This document shows, in pieces, positions 29,394 to 42,932 of a DNA stretch of 64,000 nucleotides. The stretch spans positions 62,434,001 to 62,498,000 of the forward strand of contig OX597815.1 of assembly GCA_951406725.2 (NCBI GenBank), written 5' to 3'. The notes under the pieces are model-generated. The model worked only from the letters and a program-made list of their open reading frames with translations. It ran no database searches and was not told the origin of the DNA. Positions within the stretch are counted from its first letter, which is position 1, and every line of letters starts with the position of its first letter. The stretch comes from Octopus vulgaris (lineage: Eukaryota). A program made the translations under genes and the position numbers.

Positions 29394-29610
29394 AATTGAA
29401 GAAGCTTGGCAATTCATTTTACTAATAATTTTTTAAAATAACAGTAGCTGAGTGTTGTTATCAGTATTGGTTGGCGTGCATGGGGCGCACTTTTCGATAA
29501 AGGGATTCGTTTGGAGTGCGAAACTCAGAACTCAAAATGATTTGTTGAGAAAAAGAAAGGATGTGATCGATGAGTGAAGTCAACCAATTTGAGATAGTGG
29601 CATTCAAGCA

Positions 29611-29681
<71 letters not shown>

Positions 29682-29819
29682 AAACAATAATAAAAATAAC
29701 AACAACAATAATAATAGTAATGATAATGAAAATAATGATGATGATGGTATCTCTATATAATTATTGTGTACATGTATGTAAGTATGTATCTATCTCTCTA
29801 TATATCTTATATACAGATG

Positions 29820-29879
<60 letters not shown>

Positions 29880-30559
29880 CATATGCATATATACATACAA
29901 TAAATATAAAGATGCATATACATAAGTGTAGGTCTATATATGTATAAATATATAAGTACATACATATATCTGTGTGTGTATGTGTGTATATGTAGATATA
30001 TGTTTGTATGTAGATGAACACATATTAATGTGTGCATGTGCATGTATGTATGTGTATATGTATGCATGTCTAATGGCAGTATTTTGATATTAGCAACTCT
30101 CCAGGCATGTACTCATCTCTCTCCACCCACACCCCGTTTTCGTCGTCGCCATCAACCTATCATGGCCATTACCACTCCCAGTATTACAACCACCAACATA
30201 ATTACAACAATCATTAACCACCTACACTACAGCCAACACAACCCATTAGTTTTCGCCCTCAACAAATTAGGCGTTTTGCAAAGGAAATTTGACGAAGCAT
30301 AAAGAACACATACATACATACATACATACATACATACATACATACATACATACATACATACATACATACATACATACATACATACACGTACATACACATA
30401 TACATACATACACCTACAACAGTTCACATACGTGCGTGTATATCTATCAAGATTGCTTCCTCTCTTTGTTCTCGATATATACATATATATTGCGTGCGTG
30501 TGTATTTATGTATATATATCCATGTATGTATACATGCGTGTATACACACGCACACACAA

Positions 30560-30590
<31 letters not shown>

Positions 30591-31374
30591 CACATATATA
30601 CATATATGTATGTATATATACACATATAAACACATACAAACACACACACACATAGAGAGAGAAAGAGCGAAAAAGGATGTAGAGATAAATATTAAAATAT
30701 ATCAATATATGTATATATGAGACAAAGACAGAGACAGAGAGAGTGAGAGAGAGAGAGAAAGGGAGAGGAAAAGAGAGAAAGAGAAAAAATGACGTCTAAA
30801 TAAATATTGAAGCATATATATATATACACGTATACATCTCCTCACACAGATATGTATGTATATACACACATATATACGTGTGTGTCTGTGTGTGTGAGTG
30901 TGTGTGTGTGATGTGTGTGTGTGTGTGTGTGTGTGCGTGCCGAATCGTTTGATGAAGCGACATCAAAGTGTATTCTTGCGCATTCAACCTATTATATGAC
31001 GATGCCGGTGCTGGTTGAAACCAATGCCAGTAATTGAGGATGTGACGGGGGAGGCGACCGTGACATCACCGTCGACTGGGTTTCTACTCGAGGGATATGT
31101 GTTGGTGTACATGGACGTACAATACGCGTCTCTATATGGGTGTACCCTATATTAACACACTTATATACACGTATGTATGGGCATGAGGAAGAGTTCAAGA
31201 CAGAGAGAGAAAGAGCGAGAGAGAGAGAAAGAGAGAGAAGAGAGGGAGAGATAGTGATATAGAAATAGTAAGAAAGAAAGGGAGAGATAGAAAGGGAAAG
31301 AAAAATACAGAGAGATTTAAAGATGACATATTGCAAAAATAAGGGATAGAAAGTAAGGAATTTTATACATAATA

Positions 31375-31726
31375 CTAGCACTATGACCCGGCAACGGCAG
31401 GTCATAGTGCTAGTGCATGCATATACAGCTGCGTGCGTGCGCACATACACGCGAGTGCTGTCCAAATCTCCAACCCAATCACCTGGCATTCAATTGGCGT
31501 ATCAAGTTTCGGGCATTTTGACTGGGTTTGGGATAGAAATTTCACAAAAAAGTCACCTCTATTGATTTTTTAACGGATTTGCGGGGTGACTGGGGAAATG
31601 TAAAGATGTGCACGACCACCCTTGGACGGTTTTGAATAACCATAGAAAGTGCGAGCCCTCTGAGAAATTGTGGATTTGTATAAAGGACACACACAGAGAC
31701 ATTTTGCCGTTTATATATATAGAAGA
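31375..31726 (-). mobile_element. Complete short non-autonomous Helitron
   Basis: Minus strand: A|TCTTCTATATATATAAACGG ... GC-rich hairpin ... atagtgCTAG|T. It has a 5' TC, a 3' CTAG, an A/T target and no TSD. Confidence 0.8.
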
Positions 31727-31730
31727 TAAT

Positions 31731-32135
31731 CTTTTACTCTTTTACTCTATTACTTGTTTTAGGCATTTGACTGCGGCCATGCTGGTGCACCGCCTTTAGT
31801 CGAGCAAATCAACCCCAGGACTTATTCTTTGTAAGCCTAGTACTTATTATATCGGTCTCTGTTACCGAACCGCTAAATTGCGGGGAGGCAAACACACCAC
31901 CATCGGTTGTCAAGCAACGTTAAGGGGACAAACGCACACACACACACACTCACATATATATATACATATATACGACGGGCTTCTTTCAGTTTCCGTCTAC
32001 CAAATCCACTCACAAGGCTTCGGTCGGCCCGAGGCTATAGTAGAAGACACTTGCCCAAGATGCCACGTAGTGCGATTGAACCCGGAATCATGTGGTTGGT
32101 AAGCAAGATACGTACCACACAGCCACTCCTGCGCC
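31731..32135 (-). mobile_element. SINE family A, full length
   Basis: Reverse complement of the 7036-7504 family. Confidence 0.9.
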
Positions 32136-32540
32136 TATGTAAAATTTTCCCCTTAATATACTCAGCATACTCAGTTTTCATTATGTATGTATGTATGTAT
32201 GTATGTATGTATGTATGTATGTATGTATGTATGCACATGTGTGTGTGTGTAATTCCTATTTAAGGGTGGAACTCAAGATTGATATAACTCTTAAGTAATA
32301 GGATGTGTATATTGGGTTCAAAAAATCTTTCGCCGAGGAAATGTCGAAATCAAATATTTACATACTGTTATTTATAGCTTTATTTACTTCGAGTTCCACC
32401 TTTACCAGCGAATTATTTCACGTGTCCCGAAGTTTCTAAATTCTTATGACGTAAATAATATATAAATTTGTGTGCGTGCATGTGTGTAGAGAGAAAAAAG
32501 AAAGAGAGAGAGAGTGAGATTGAGAGAGAGACAGAGCTAG

Positions 32541-32572
<32 letters not shown>

Positions 32573-34239
32573 GGGATGAGAGAAAGGTGGCATATATCCT
32601 AACCGCTTAGTACAATGAAAATGTTGGTTTCTGGTTGGTGTGGTGGCAGTTGCGCTGTGTTACTTGTGGTGGTTTCATGAATGATGGAGCGGGGAAGTAG
32701 CGTTCAAAAAAGTTTTCCTGGATGCCACAGCACCACCTCGCTGGTTGCAGCGATATTGTCGGATAGTGTAGAAATTGCTGTGGCAACCAGTCCTTGGTTT
32801 CACATCAAACTCCATATATGCATACGGTTTTTGCCCCTTTTGCTCATACTTCAACTGGAACTGATCTGTAAATTTGAGAAGCAAGTTTTCTAATGGTAGG
32901 AGAGTTTATCAATGTTTGCAATGTTGGAGTTGATGTCATTAAAAGGTAATGTTCAAATGGGACACGAACCCACGCCACCTTTGTCAACATCACAACACGA
33001 TAATTCTTTTACTCTAATTCACCTTACAAATATTAATGTCTATGTTAACATTTTTCTGCATCGTCACTCAGTAAGTTTAACATTTTCTTTTACGAACATA
33101 TTGCTAATTTTGTTTCTACTTTCTATAAATATATTTGTTATAAAATATCTGATTACAAAGCAAAAGAAATATTTAATAAAAAATAAATGGATTCGTATGA
33201 AATCATTACAAACGTAATGAACAAGCATATGGAAGAAATATGAAAGATATATATGCAAGGGAAGTACTGGGTCAGCCCACTGGAGTAAAAAACGCAATAA
33301 CAATACTGATATGAGACTCAAGATAGATGAAGAGTTTTAAGGAGGAAATACAAATGCGGAAAATCATGGTTTGTAAGATAAACTTTCAAGGGATTTACAA
33401 TCATAGACGCTAATGAATATTATTGAGAGAGTTGTTTACGATTTACATGAAAACCATTGTGTCTTGAAACATAGAAGTGAGTTTTCTATATTTTCCATTA
33501 AATTCAATAATATTATGGCATACTGCTACTTCTTTGAGCAGAAAAGTTATGAAAGAAAAACGATCTATTGGTCAATCACTTGTTTAAATACGTTTATACA
33601 AGACTTTCAGAAAAATATCGTCTCAGTACATGAATATCTATAATGGCTGGCGGTATTTCTGTTTCTAAAACGGCAGAAGATGTCTCATTCAGGCATTGGA
33701 GAAAAGGTGTAAATGTGTGAAGTAGAAATCAGAAGAAAGCAAAAATATTAAAAAATGGTAGATGGAAGCTTATTTATCGGAATTTATAAACGAAACAGTA
33801 AAAATATCTTCGAGGAAGTAAGTTTAAAAGTTTAGATTTTCAAAATAGCCAAGAAATTCTTGATACTAAAAAAATTATTGTTGCCATTGACACGACTATT
33901 GTTGTTGTTTTTGCTTGGATCTAAGTCAGACCTGATTGTTCATAAGCATTTATGCCGTGAACATTCCATTGTTTAGGCTAAGGTACGAACTAAGGTAATA
34001 TTTAATGTTTACTATATTTATTTCGAGGACAGTGACGTGTGAATCAAGGGAAATTCATCTGTTATTTCGATGAGACTGAGCTATCACATAGAGCCACCTT
34101 CACTGGGGTTAATACTAGGTATAAGATGTAGAATATACTAAAGAGAACTAGAAAGGCATCACACTTGTGTACTGTCTTCATTAAAATGTATCCAACGCGG
34201 GCAAGGTGTAAAATAATTACAAGAAAAGATCTTGTACTG

Positions 34240-34452
34240 ATTTCAATTTTTGGCACAAGGCCAGCAAGTTCAGGAAAGGGAATGAGTCAATTTCATCGAC
34301 CCCAGTACTCAACTAGTACGTCTTTTATCGATCCCGAAAGGATGAAAGGAAAAATCGACTTCGACAGAATTTGAACTCAGAACGTAAAGACGGATGAAAT
34401 GCTGCTAAGTATTTGGCCCGGCGTTCTAACGATTCTGGCAGCTCACCATCTT
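34240..34452 (-). mobile_element. SINE family B
   Basis: ttttggcacaaggccagca...tcgatcccgaaaggatgaaagg...gaatttgaactcagaacg...gctcaccatctt. Confidence 0.88.
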
Positions 34453-35661
34453 CGAAAATGATCTTATATCAACACGTATAACAATGTATTTATAGCTCGG
34501 TATGTAGTTTGTGCTAAACAAGAATTAGTTGGGAAGAAACTTCAGGAGAAATAAAATAATTTTGTATAGACGGGGGAATCCTGGAGGGTGCAGAAAAAGA
34601 AATATATTGCGACATTTTAATGAGCGAACACTTCCAGAAAGCCTAGAATAAGGACACGGATTTCAACCACGAGCATTAGCCAACCAGTTCTTAGAATGGA
34701 ATATATAATACAGATATTTTAAAAACCAGAAGGCCAAATATATCCAGAAATGTTAAGCAATCGCTAGGGTTTATTTTATGGTCTATAGAGATGAGAAAGT
34801 AGTCCTGTAAAGCACAGCCAGAGAAAATGGCTAAAAAAATTAAGAATAGAAAATAGAAAATAAACGAGGCTAACTTGAAATACGTGAAAAAGTGGAGAAT
34901 GGAAAATGAAGATTATGCTACTTGTGACTGGTTGCAGAGGAATAAGAGTGACTGCAGTTGAGTGATGAGTGAGCAAGTTCGTTAAGAGAAAGTGTTTGAA
35001 GAAATATGTCAACAGATATAAGAAGACTTTGTTATGGGAAAGTGAAAAGATGGGAAGAATGCTGTCTGGAAGTCTCCAAACAAACTGGATTTCCCTGAAC
35101 TAAAGAGAATAAGATAGACTTTTGGAAGATTGGTTTCTTTTGGCTTACGATCGGAAACTACCAAAATAAATATAATGATGATAACGTCGACGATGATGAT
35201 ATTAATAATCATAGTATTACTGCAACGTCCAGTACATAACTACAATCCGAAATTTTACAGCTACCGCCGCTACCACCACAACCACGACCATAACAATAAT
35301 CACTATGGAGAACTACCACTACTAACGCCACCACCACCGCCACCATAATGATGACCACGCTATCACTATAACACCATTACACCATAAGACCACCGCAATG
35401 CCACATCAGAACACCACAATCACCACCACCACCACCACCACCACCACCACAACCTGCTACAACTACATTATATCACAACAGCACACCACCGCTCCACCAC
35501 CGTTACACCAACGTACATCAATTACTCTCCAATATACAAGAGAGATCAGTGATGTCTGGGTGTGGAACTGATCGAGCGGAAACCGAAATGCCAACCATCC
35601 ATGGAGGCATCAGTAAATATAGACGGGAAGTTAGCCCCGGGAAGTATACACGGACGGACAC

Positions 35662-35718
<57 letters not shown>

Positions 35719-35997
35719 CATACACACACACGCACACACATACATACACACACACTCGCAAACTCATGTATGTACATACACACTTGCACATATACGTTTA
35801 AATATAAAATATGTGCGCGTGTGCGTGTATACATGTTATATTTGCTTCTACGTGTGTTTGTGTGTGAATTCATGTGCAAATATGTGTACATAGATGTATG
35901 TATATATGTGTATGTGTGCTTGTGCGTATTCATGGTATATGTGCGTGTGTGTATATACGTTATATGTATGTGTGTGTGCATATTTATTTACATATAG

Positions 35998-36211
35998 ATT
36001 TCAAATTTTGGTACAAGGCCAGCAATTTCAGGGTAGGGGTAAATCGATTATATCACCTCTTATGCTCAACTGCTACCTATTTTATCGAACTTCGGTAAGA
36101 TGAACAGCAAAGTCTTCCTAGGTGGAATTTTAAACGCAGAACATAATGACGAACGAAATACCGCTACGCATTTCGCGCGGCGTGCTAAGATTTCTATCAG
36201 CTCGCCACCTT
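35998..36211 (-). mobile_element. SINE family B
   Basis: Same family as 34240-34452. Confidence 0.85.
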
Positions 36212-36264
36212 AAACATTTAAATACATATGAACTCACAGAAACATTTTCAGCTAATCTAACGAG

Positions 36265-36745
36265 CCGTTGGAGGTCCGATGACACAAATATATCATTGGC
36301 TGTCCAAACTGCAGAAGATGCAGTTTGGACAGCTATCATAAGTGAAAATAATATGGAATTCAACGCATTGATATTTCAGGTTTTTTCTTAATGGATCAAC
36401 AACACAATGCAGATTATTTTGTATCAAACAACACAACAATTCAAAGCTATAATAAAATATAGGACTTAGGAGTAATGATGCCTGATGATGCGTCTTTCGT
36501 TGGGCACATCAACCACCTGACCTCAAACTGCAGACATCTCATCGGATGTAGACATCAAAATGCAGACATCTCATAACGAGACAACCAACAGTTAAGCCGA
36601 ATCTATGGAAAAACCTTAGTTTTAAGTAGGCTAGATTACTGCTGACTGCTTTGGTTTCCACATGTGTTCAGACTCACATAATACATTGAAGAGTTAAGGG
36701 AACGTTCATAAATAAGATAACTTCAATTAAAGGATTTAATTACTG
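36265..36745 (+). mobile_element. CR1/Jockey-group LINE RT C-terminal fragment
   Basis: SDDTNISLAV...ENNMEFNA...DLGVMMPDDASFVGHINHL...LWK.LVLSRLDYC*LLWFPH. Confidence 0.75.
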
Positions 36746-36762
36746 GGGTCGTTACAAATTCC

Positions 36763-36805
<43 letters not shown>

Positions 36806-37269
36806 TTTCCTCACGCGGAAATATCTTTGCGTCTAAAAATGCGACAATTCTGCTGGAAAAAGGATCTAGATTGTGACATTGTCTAGAATGGACGGTGTGA
36901 GGTGTAAAGTATATCCAGATTGTCAGAGTGCATCTTCTTACTGTCAGAGAGTGCAGTATGTATGAGGTGGGGTGCAAGAACTGAACAGACTGGACAATGG
37001 AGAGAATGCAAAATGTCCAGACTCTCAATACTCTATATCATTCACCATTGCAGCATAGTCCTTGGTAAAATAGTCACATGATATAGTAGAACCCCACCTT
37101 AATCTCTGGAAAGTGTCACCTAGACGTTATACCAGCTTTGTACAGTAGAGTTGATTTTATCAGGGTTTAATTGGGGCTACATGCTAACAACCACAACAAA
37201 CTATGCTAATTTTAGATTCGGGATGACCTGAAGATGTGTGCCTTCTTTATAAAGTAAATACTCCTGGAC

Positions 37270-37487
37270 GTTACTATCTCGAGTCCCTTGACTCATGGGG
37301 CCGGTTACCTGGTTTCCGTTACGTTAAAGTGACCGACATTACAATATTCCCTATCCAACGCAGAGTTACTCGTTTACAGCTAAGTAGGTTTTGAGCTCAA
37401 AACACAATGCACAGGCCGATTCAGGAATCGAAACCACAATCTTGTGATCGAGAGTGCAACATCCTAAACACTAGGCTACGCGCCTTC
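37270..37487 (-). mobile_element. Degraded tRNA/CORE-type SINE
   Basis: Reverse complement gaaggcgcgtagcctagtgtttaggatg...ggtttcgattcctg...gcattgtgttttgagc. Confidence 0.65.
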
Positions 37488-38039
37488 ACCTTTGTCCAAA
37501 CCGCAAGATATTGTGTTTCTGTTTTATTTTTACATTCAGCTAACTGAATACCTTCGCAAAAAACTACGTAAGGAAATAAATCACTTAGGCTCATTGAAAG
37601 CTCACATTAATATAGTCGTAAAAAGTGTTGAGAGTGTTGTGGCTTGTATGAGTTTGATCAGAGGTATACTTGAGCAGAAGCAGCCCAAAGATCAACAAAA
37701 ATACAATAGACCATTAAATATCTGCATTAAAATATTTTATGCAAACATGATTCGTTAGATGAAAGTATGTTTGTATTTATATGCACATACATATAAGCTC
37801 ATATATACGTAAACATACATGCGCGCGCGCGCGTGTGTGTGTATCTTATTATAATTTTACGAAAATAGAAGTGGCAGTGACTTTGGGCTTTCGGCCTGCT
37901 AACTTACATCGGACTGAAACTATCTCCATTACTTTAGTAAAATTATTATATGTACTCTTACATAAAGTGTTGAGTTTATTATAAACTCGACTTAAAACAA
38001 TATGTATATGTGTATGCCTGTGTGCGTTTGTATACATCC

Positions 38040-38415
38040 TTTATCCTTTACATTGAAGTCATGTTTGGGCATCGCCTTGAAGAATTTTCAGTCAAATGAA
38101 TCGACACCAATACTTTTTTTTTAAGACTGGTACTTATTCCACCGGTTTCTTTCGCCGAACTGCTAATTTATTGGGACGTAAATAAACAAACACCAGTTGT
38201 CAAGCGATGTTGGGGAAGAAACACAAACACGGCGACACACACACACACATGTATATATGTGAGTGTGTGTATGTGTATACACGACGAAATTCTTTCAGTT
38301 TCCATTTACCAAATCCACTTAAAAAGGTTTAGTCGGCCGAGGCTACAGTAGGAGATACTTGCCAAGAGTGTTACGCAGGAAACTGAACGCGGTCCACAGA
38401 AACCTATACCTGCGC

Positions 38416-38416
<1 letters not shown>
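38040..38416 (-). mobile_element. SINE family A, diverged
   Basis: Reverse-complement similarity across tail, microsatellite and head. Confidence 0.8.
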
Positions 38417-38495
<79 letters not shown>

Positions 38496-38652
38496 CTGAT
38501 AGATCGCTAGCCACTACACATTGTTCTTTTCTGTGGAATAGCGTAGGCTCGAAACATTAAAGACTTTTTCACTTACCGAACCTTATACTAATACATCTGT
38601 TTGTTGTCTACACCACCTGTCTTCGTCTTTTGTTTTTATTGTGAATTCTCCC

Positions 38653-38725
<73 letters not shown>

Positions 38726-38764
38726 GTCTTTGTGTATATTATATTATATTATATTATGTTATAT

Positions 38765-39240
38765 TAGAAGAAAAAGGACAACGAAAACCAAAGCAGGACG
38801 CGTATTTCAAGTCATGTAGAATAATTCGATCGATTACTTCAACATTAGCGCATCGTTCAAAATACTGCCAAAATACTGCATGGATTTACCCGGGATCATA
38901 CCAAAAGGTCTATACCTTCACGGAAGTACGGAACAACATCCTTAACCTCTGGAAAAAGATGAACTGTGACCTTTTATTATCCTGTCTGTATTCTTGTATC
39001 CACTTTTACTCTTTATTCTTCTATTTTATTCTTCATAAACAGTGAATTTCCCTGTCTAGAACTTTCATACATTCTCACTTTATCTCTGATGATGGAATAT
39101 CCAGTGTACAGACATGCTAGCCTATCACTTGGGATATCCCAGAAACAGCTGTAATACTTCAAATTCACCTTACCCTTCTAAATAATTTTAAATGACTTGA
39201 GATACTCGTCCGGCCTTAGTTATTGTAGTTCTTTTTCCCT
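38765..39240 (+). mobile_element. Probable Penelope-like element 3' end (pyrimidine-rich UTR plus hammerhead)
   Basis: Hammerhead at 39081-39158, preceded by a T/C-rich tract and a weak ORF end (KVYTFTEVRNNILNL). Confidence 0.45.
39081..39158 (+). ncRNA. Type-I hammerhead ribozyme motif
   Basis: CTGATGA (39086-92), stem II tggaatatcc/ggatatccca, GAAA (39142-45), palindromic CAGCTG, TA. Stem I is degraded. Confidence 0.7.
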
Positions 39241-39393
39241 TAATATATACCTGCTAACACAGAAGCCTAATATGGATCCCTAGCTCCAGCCTCGGTTGTG
39301 AATTTGGAAACTAACGGATGACTAATTATAGCACTTACTCAGCGTACTTGTTCCTTTAGATCACCAGTGAACTAAACTCCTAATATTATATAT

Positions 39394-40852
39394 AGGCGCA
39401 GGAGTCACTTTGTGGTAAGTAGCTTGCTTACCAGCATGCGTCGCTAGTTGGCCTGTTGCTTACAGAGAGAGAAGACGCGAGCTTTGGCTCCGTGAATAGA
39501 AAAAATAGAACAAAAAGATAAGTCGTCAAGGTGAGACAGTTATTATGTCTTTACTCTTGATGCCATCCCCGTCCTCCTAAAACCAACTATAGAAAAAGAA
39601 CTGAAAGACTATTTGTCCTCTGTGAAATACATATCCCTCGGTGTCAAGCATGCAACCGTATGGTTGCTATTTGACACTCCGGAGGGGGCTCGCAATTTTT
39701 CGAGCCAGCCTTTGGAAGGCAAAGAAATTTCTGTTCCCACCGTCGTACTGCGGGAGGAAATTAATAAGAGCCTGGGTATGTGGATTACCCCCAGGCACCG
39801 AGGTGGGTTGAATTGATAATACCATCCGACGAGGACTGGGGAATAACAGGCCCAGGCAAAGGGAGAGGTGGATGTGGTTGAGGAGGAAGAAAGCGGACAA
39901 CAATGGTTGCCCGCCGAAGGACCTTAAGGCTTCGGGAGGTGGGCGAGAGACTCCGGACAAAGCGGAAGAGCTCCACACTCCCAAAGTAAGGAAAAAAAAA
40001 GAAAGAAGAGCGGGCCATTTCAGGTGGACGATGATGTGCCGTCTGCATGTCTCGAAGATTTGCCACCCACGGTGGAAGAAACGACCCTCACCCTTAAAGA
40101 TGAAGAATTACTGATCTTTTTCTACAAGAGCGGGGAGGCAGAAAAAATAGTAGAACATAAAGACATAGTAGATATGGCCTTCACACTGGATCCCGAATGG
40201 CCTCCGCAGATAGCTGTGGAGGTCATAAGGTTTTTCCGAGTGGGAAAAGCTTTAAAAATTTAAAGAGGAATGTCGTATATGGCTGGGTGGCACTAACACG
40301 ACATATGCCTCGTACATGAATGAGGCATGGGAAATGGCGGGTACAGGAACTCAAGCGGCATTGAAGATAATGATGGATATTTTGATGAATATATCGATGA
40401 GTAGGAGGTGAAAAGCCTCGTTAGGGTTTGAAACCTCATCTTATTGCATTATTTGCAGTGGTTTATAACCTCAATTGTGTTTTTTTTTAAAAAGAAAACA
40501 TGTTAAGTTAGAGGTTTTTGTGCCTCCTTTTTTGTAAGAGGTTTGAAACCGCATACTGATTAAAAAAAAAAGAAAATATGTTTTTGAGAAAAATCCAATC
40601 GGTGGGTGTTTGGCTTCGTCTCTCATTTATTCATTTTATTTCATTTTCATTCATTAATGTGCTTGTCTAGCCCGCAGCTACTCTGTATACTGCCTTTATG
40701 GCAAATAAAATGAAATAAAGTAGCTTGCTTACCAGCCACATGGTTCTGGGTTCAGTCCCATTGCGTGGCACCTCGGACAAGTGTCTTCTACCATAGATTC
40801 GGGCCGACCAAAGCCTTGTGAGTGGATTTGGTAGACGGAAACTGAAAGAAAC
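39394..40852 (+). mobile_element. SINE family A 5' half split by an insertion (head 39394-39435, resumes 40718-40852)
   Basis: aagtagcttgcttaccagc is duplicated at 39417-39435 and 40718-40736. Confidence 0.88.
39436..40717 (+). mobile_element. ORF1-only (HAL1-like) non-LTR retroelement of L1/Tx1 type, copy 1, with 19-bp TSD
   Basis: Decayed ORF (VKYISLGVKHATVWLLFDT...PLEGKEI; L.DEELLIFFYKSG...PEWPPQIAVEVI) homologous to 43518-45293. It ends aataaaatgaaata, has a TSD, and shows no RT or EN sequence. Confidence 0.75.
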
Positions 40853-40863
40853 GTGTTGTGTGC

Positions 40864-40965
<102 letters not shown>

Positions 40966-41163
40966 CGATAGGTAAATGAATTATCCTATGTTTACCGACA
41001 GCATGGAAAATTCGATGAACCTACCAGGGTAGCAAATTCACGTCAGAAACACGGTTGAAGCGACCTGTGCAAGGGTAGAAATACCGGGTTCATGTGCAGA
41101 AATTTGTGTGTTATATATGAATAAATAAATGAATGGAGTCGAACGAAGATGTTAACAAAATTC

Positions 41164-41254
41164 CTTTACTCTCGACATATGTTTCGAAGACAACATGGTT
41201 TCATTCCAAAGGAATAAAGGGTGCAAGATGTAATCTTCTCATCAGGAAAGAAAG
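41164..41254 (-). ncRNA. Type-I hammerhead ribozyme motif with intact core
   Basis: Minus strand: ctttctttc CTGATGA gaagattacat...atgttgtcttc GAAA CATATG TC gagagtaaag. All three stems pair and the cleavage triplet is GUC. Confidence 0.85.
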
Positions 41255-41908
41255 GGAGCCTCTCTCAACAACAAGACAAACAAAAATTGTCTTCTTCTAT
41301 ATAGGAGCGTCCACTTCCTAGTTATCCAAGGGGATTTCAAACCATTATTCACCATTCAGGGATAGTAAAAAACGACATAGTACAGGGCTAGGTAAATTAG
41401 TTTGGCGTCTTAAAGACAATAATATAGATTTTAAGTTAGATTGGTTCATACTGTCTGTATCCTTTCCTTTTGATAAGGGCAGGAGATTTTGTAACATTTG
41501 CAACTCTGAACTCTTCCATATTCTCTTCTCTAAGGTTCCCCTAGTAAACACACTCATAGAAAAATCGTACAAATGTAAACACAGGCAGAAACATACTTTT
41601 TACTCATATAAATGATTACGATAGTCATTGTGGTTTGAACAATTAGCTTAACGTGCACTCCACTCCAATTGCGAAATTCTTTCCTAAGCCTTTGAACATT
41701 CTTTTAATCAACGTACCCTTCCCTCTCCACTTGTTCCTTACCTATTATTCCTTTAACCCTTCTCTTCCTACTATCTAACTTTGACGTCAATTCTACTAAC
41801 GGTTTTTTTTTTAAACACTTATCATCGTTTTGTTTACCATGTAGGCAGTCATCGCAATTTTTGTTTGTCTTGTTGTTGAGAGAGGCTCCCTTTCTTTCCT
41901 GATGAGAA
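41236..41908. repeat. 54-bp perfect inverted repeat (41236-41289 / 41855-41908) ending inside the hammerhead
   Basis: ttctcatcaggaaagaaagggagcctctctcaacaacaagacaaacaaaaattg and its reverse complement. Confidence 0.9.
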
Positions 41909-41914
41909 ATATGT

Positions 41915-41965
41915 TTTGTCAGTGAACAGGTCGCGGTCTTAAAGCGACGAAAATATTTTGACAAA
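41915..41965 (+). ncRNA. Hammerhead-topology motif with non-canonical core
   Basis: tttgtca GTGAACAG gtcgc ggtcttaaa gcgac GAAA ATAT TT tgacaaa. Stem I (7 bp) and stem II (5 bp) are perfect and stem III is palindromic. Confidence 0.55.
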
Positions 41966-42103
41966 TTAAACTTAAATGTTGAAGTGAATCGAACGGCTTT
42001 TGTGTGTTTCTTAAATGGCTTACAAACACCTTCCACGCTGCAATTGTTTTCGTTTCAGCACACGATCTCAGATCAAAACACTTGCTATGCAAGTACATCT
42101 CCG

Positions 42104-42181
<78 letters not shown>

Positions 42182-42650
42182 ATATATGCACGTGTATATA
42201 TACATATGTGTGTGCGTATAAATATGCCTATTTTTTCTAATATATATATATATATAGATAGATAGATAGATAGTTAGAGATAGATAAATATATATGTATT
42301 CACATACACACACATATACACAAACACACACATGCGCACATTCATATATACTTCGAAACATACTCCCTCCTCGCACATAATGTTTGTTCACAAACGATTG
42401 GCGAGGGTGTATATACAATACGGCTTGGAATCATTTCCTCTTCGTAATATTTATCTAAAGCTTTCTTAGCCGTAATTAATCTGAACGGATTAACGATAAT
42501 CTCTTCCTATCCTTCGAAATAATCCCGTCTGAGACACATCGATGCATAATAACCGTCCACGTGCGTACTAATGTGTATGTATACACTCTCATTGGAGGCG
42601 ACTTATTCATTGTACTGTGGGGGAAACATATACAATCGGGCACGCGCGTA

Positions 42651-42702
<52 letters not shown>

Positions 42703-42844
42703 AATACACACAAACATTTAGACACATACAAAATGGAAAGAAGGAAAGGAAAGGAAAGTATATTTTACTTTCCGAGTCGTTTTCCGTTATGTATGTATGT
42801 ACCTAAATATTTTTGTATATATTCATGTATTGATTAATATATAT

Positions 42845-42932
<88 letters not shown>

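Noticed and set aside
32675-32893. Short complex ORFs on both strands
   Set aside because: No recognisable domain or splice context
36800-37140. APE/RT remnant of an RTE element on the minus strand
   Set aside because: Similarity too faint to support by eye
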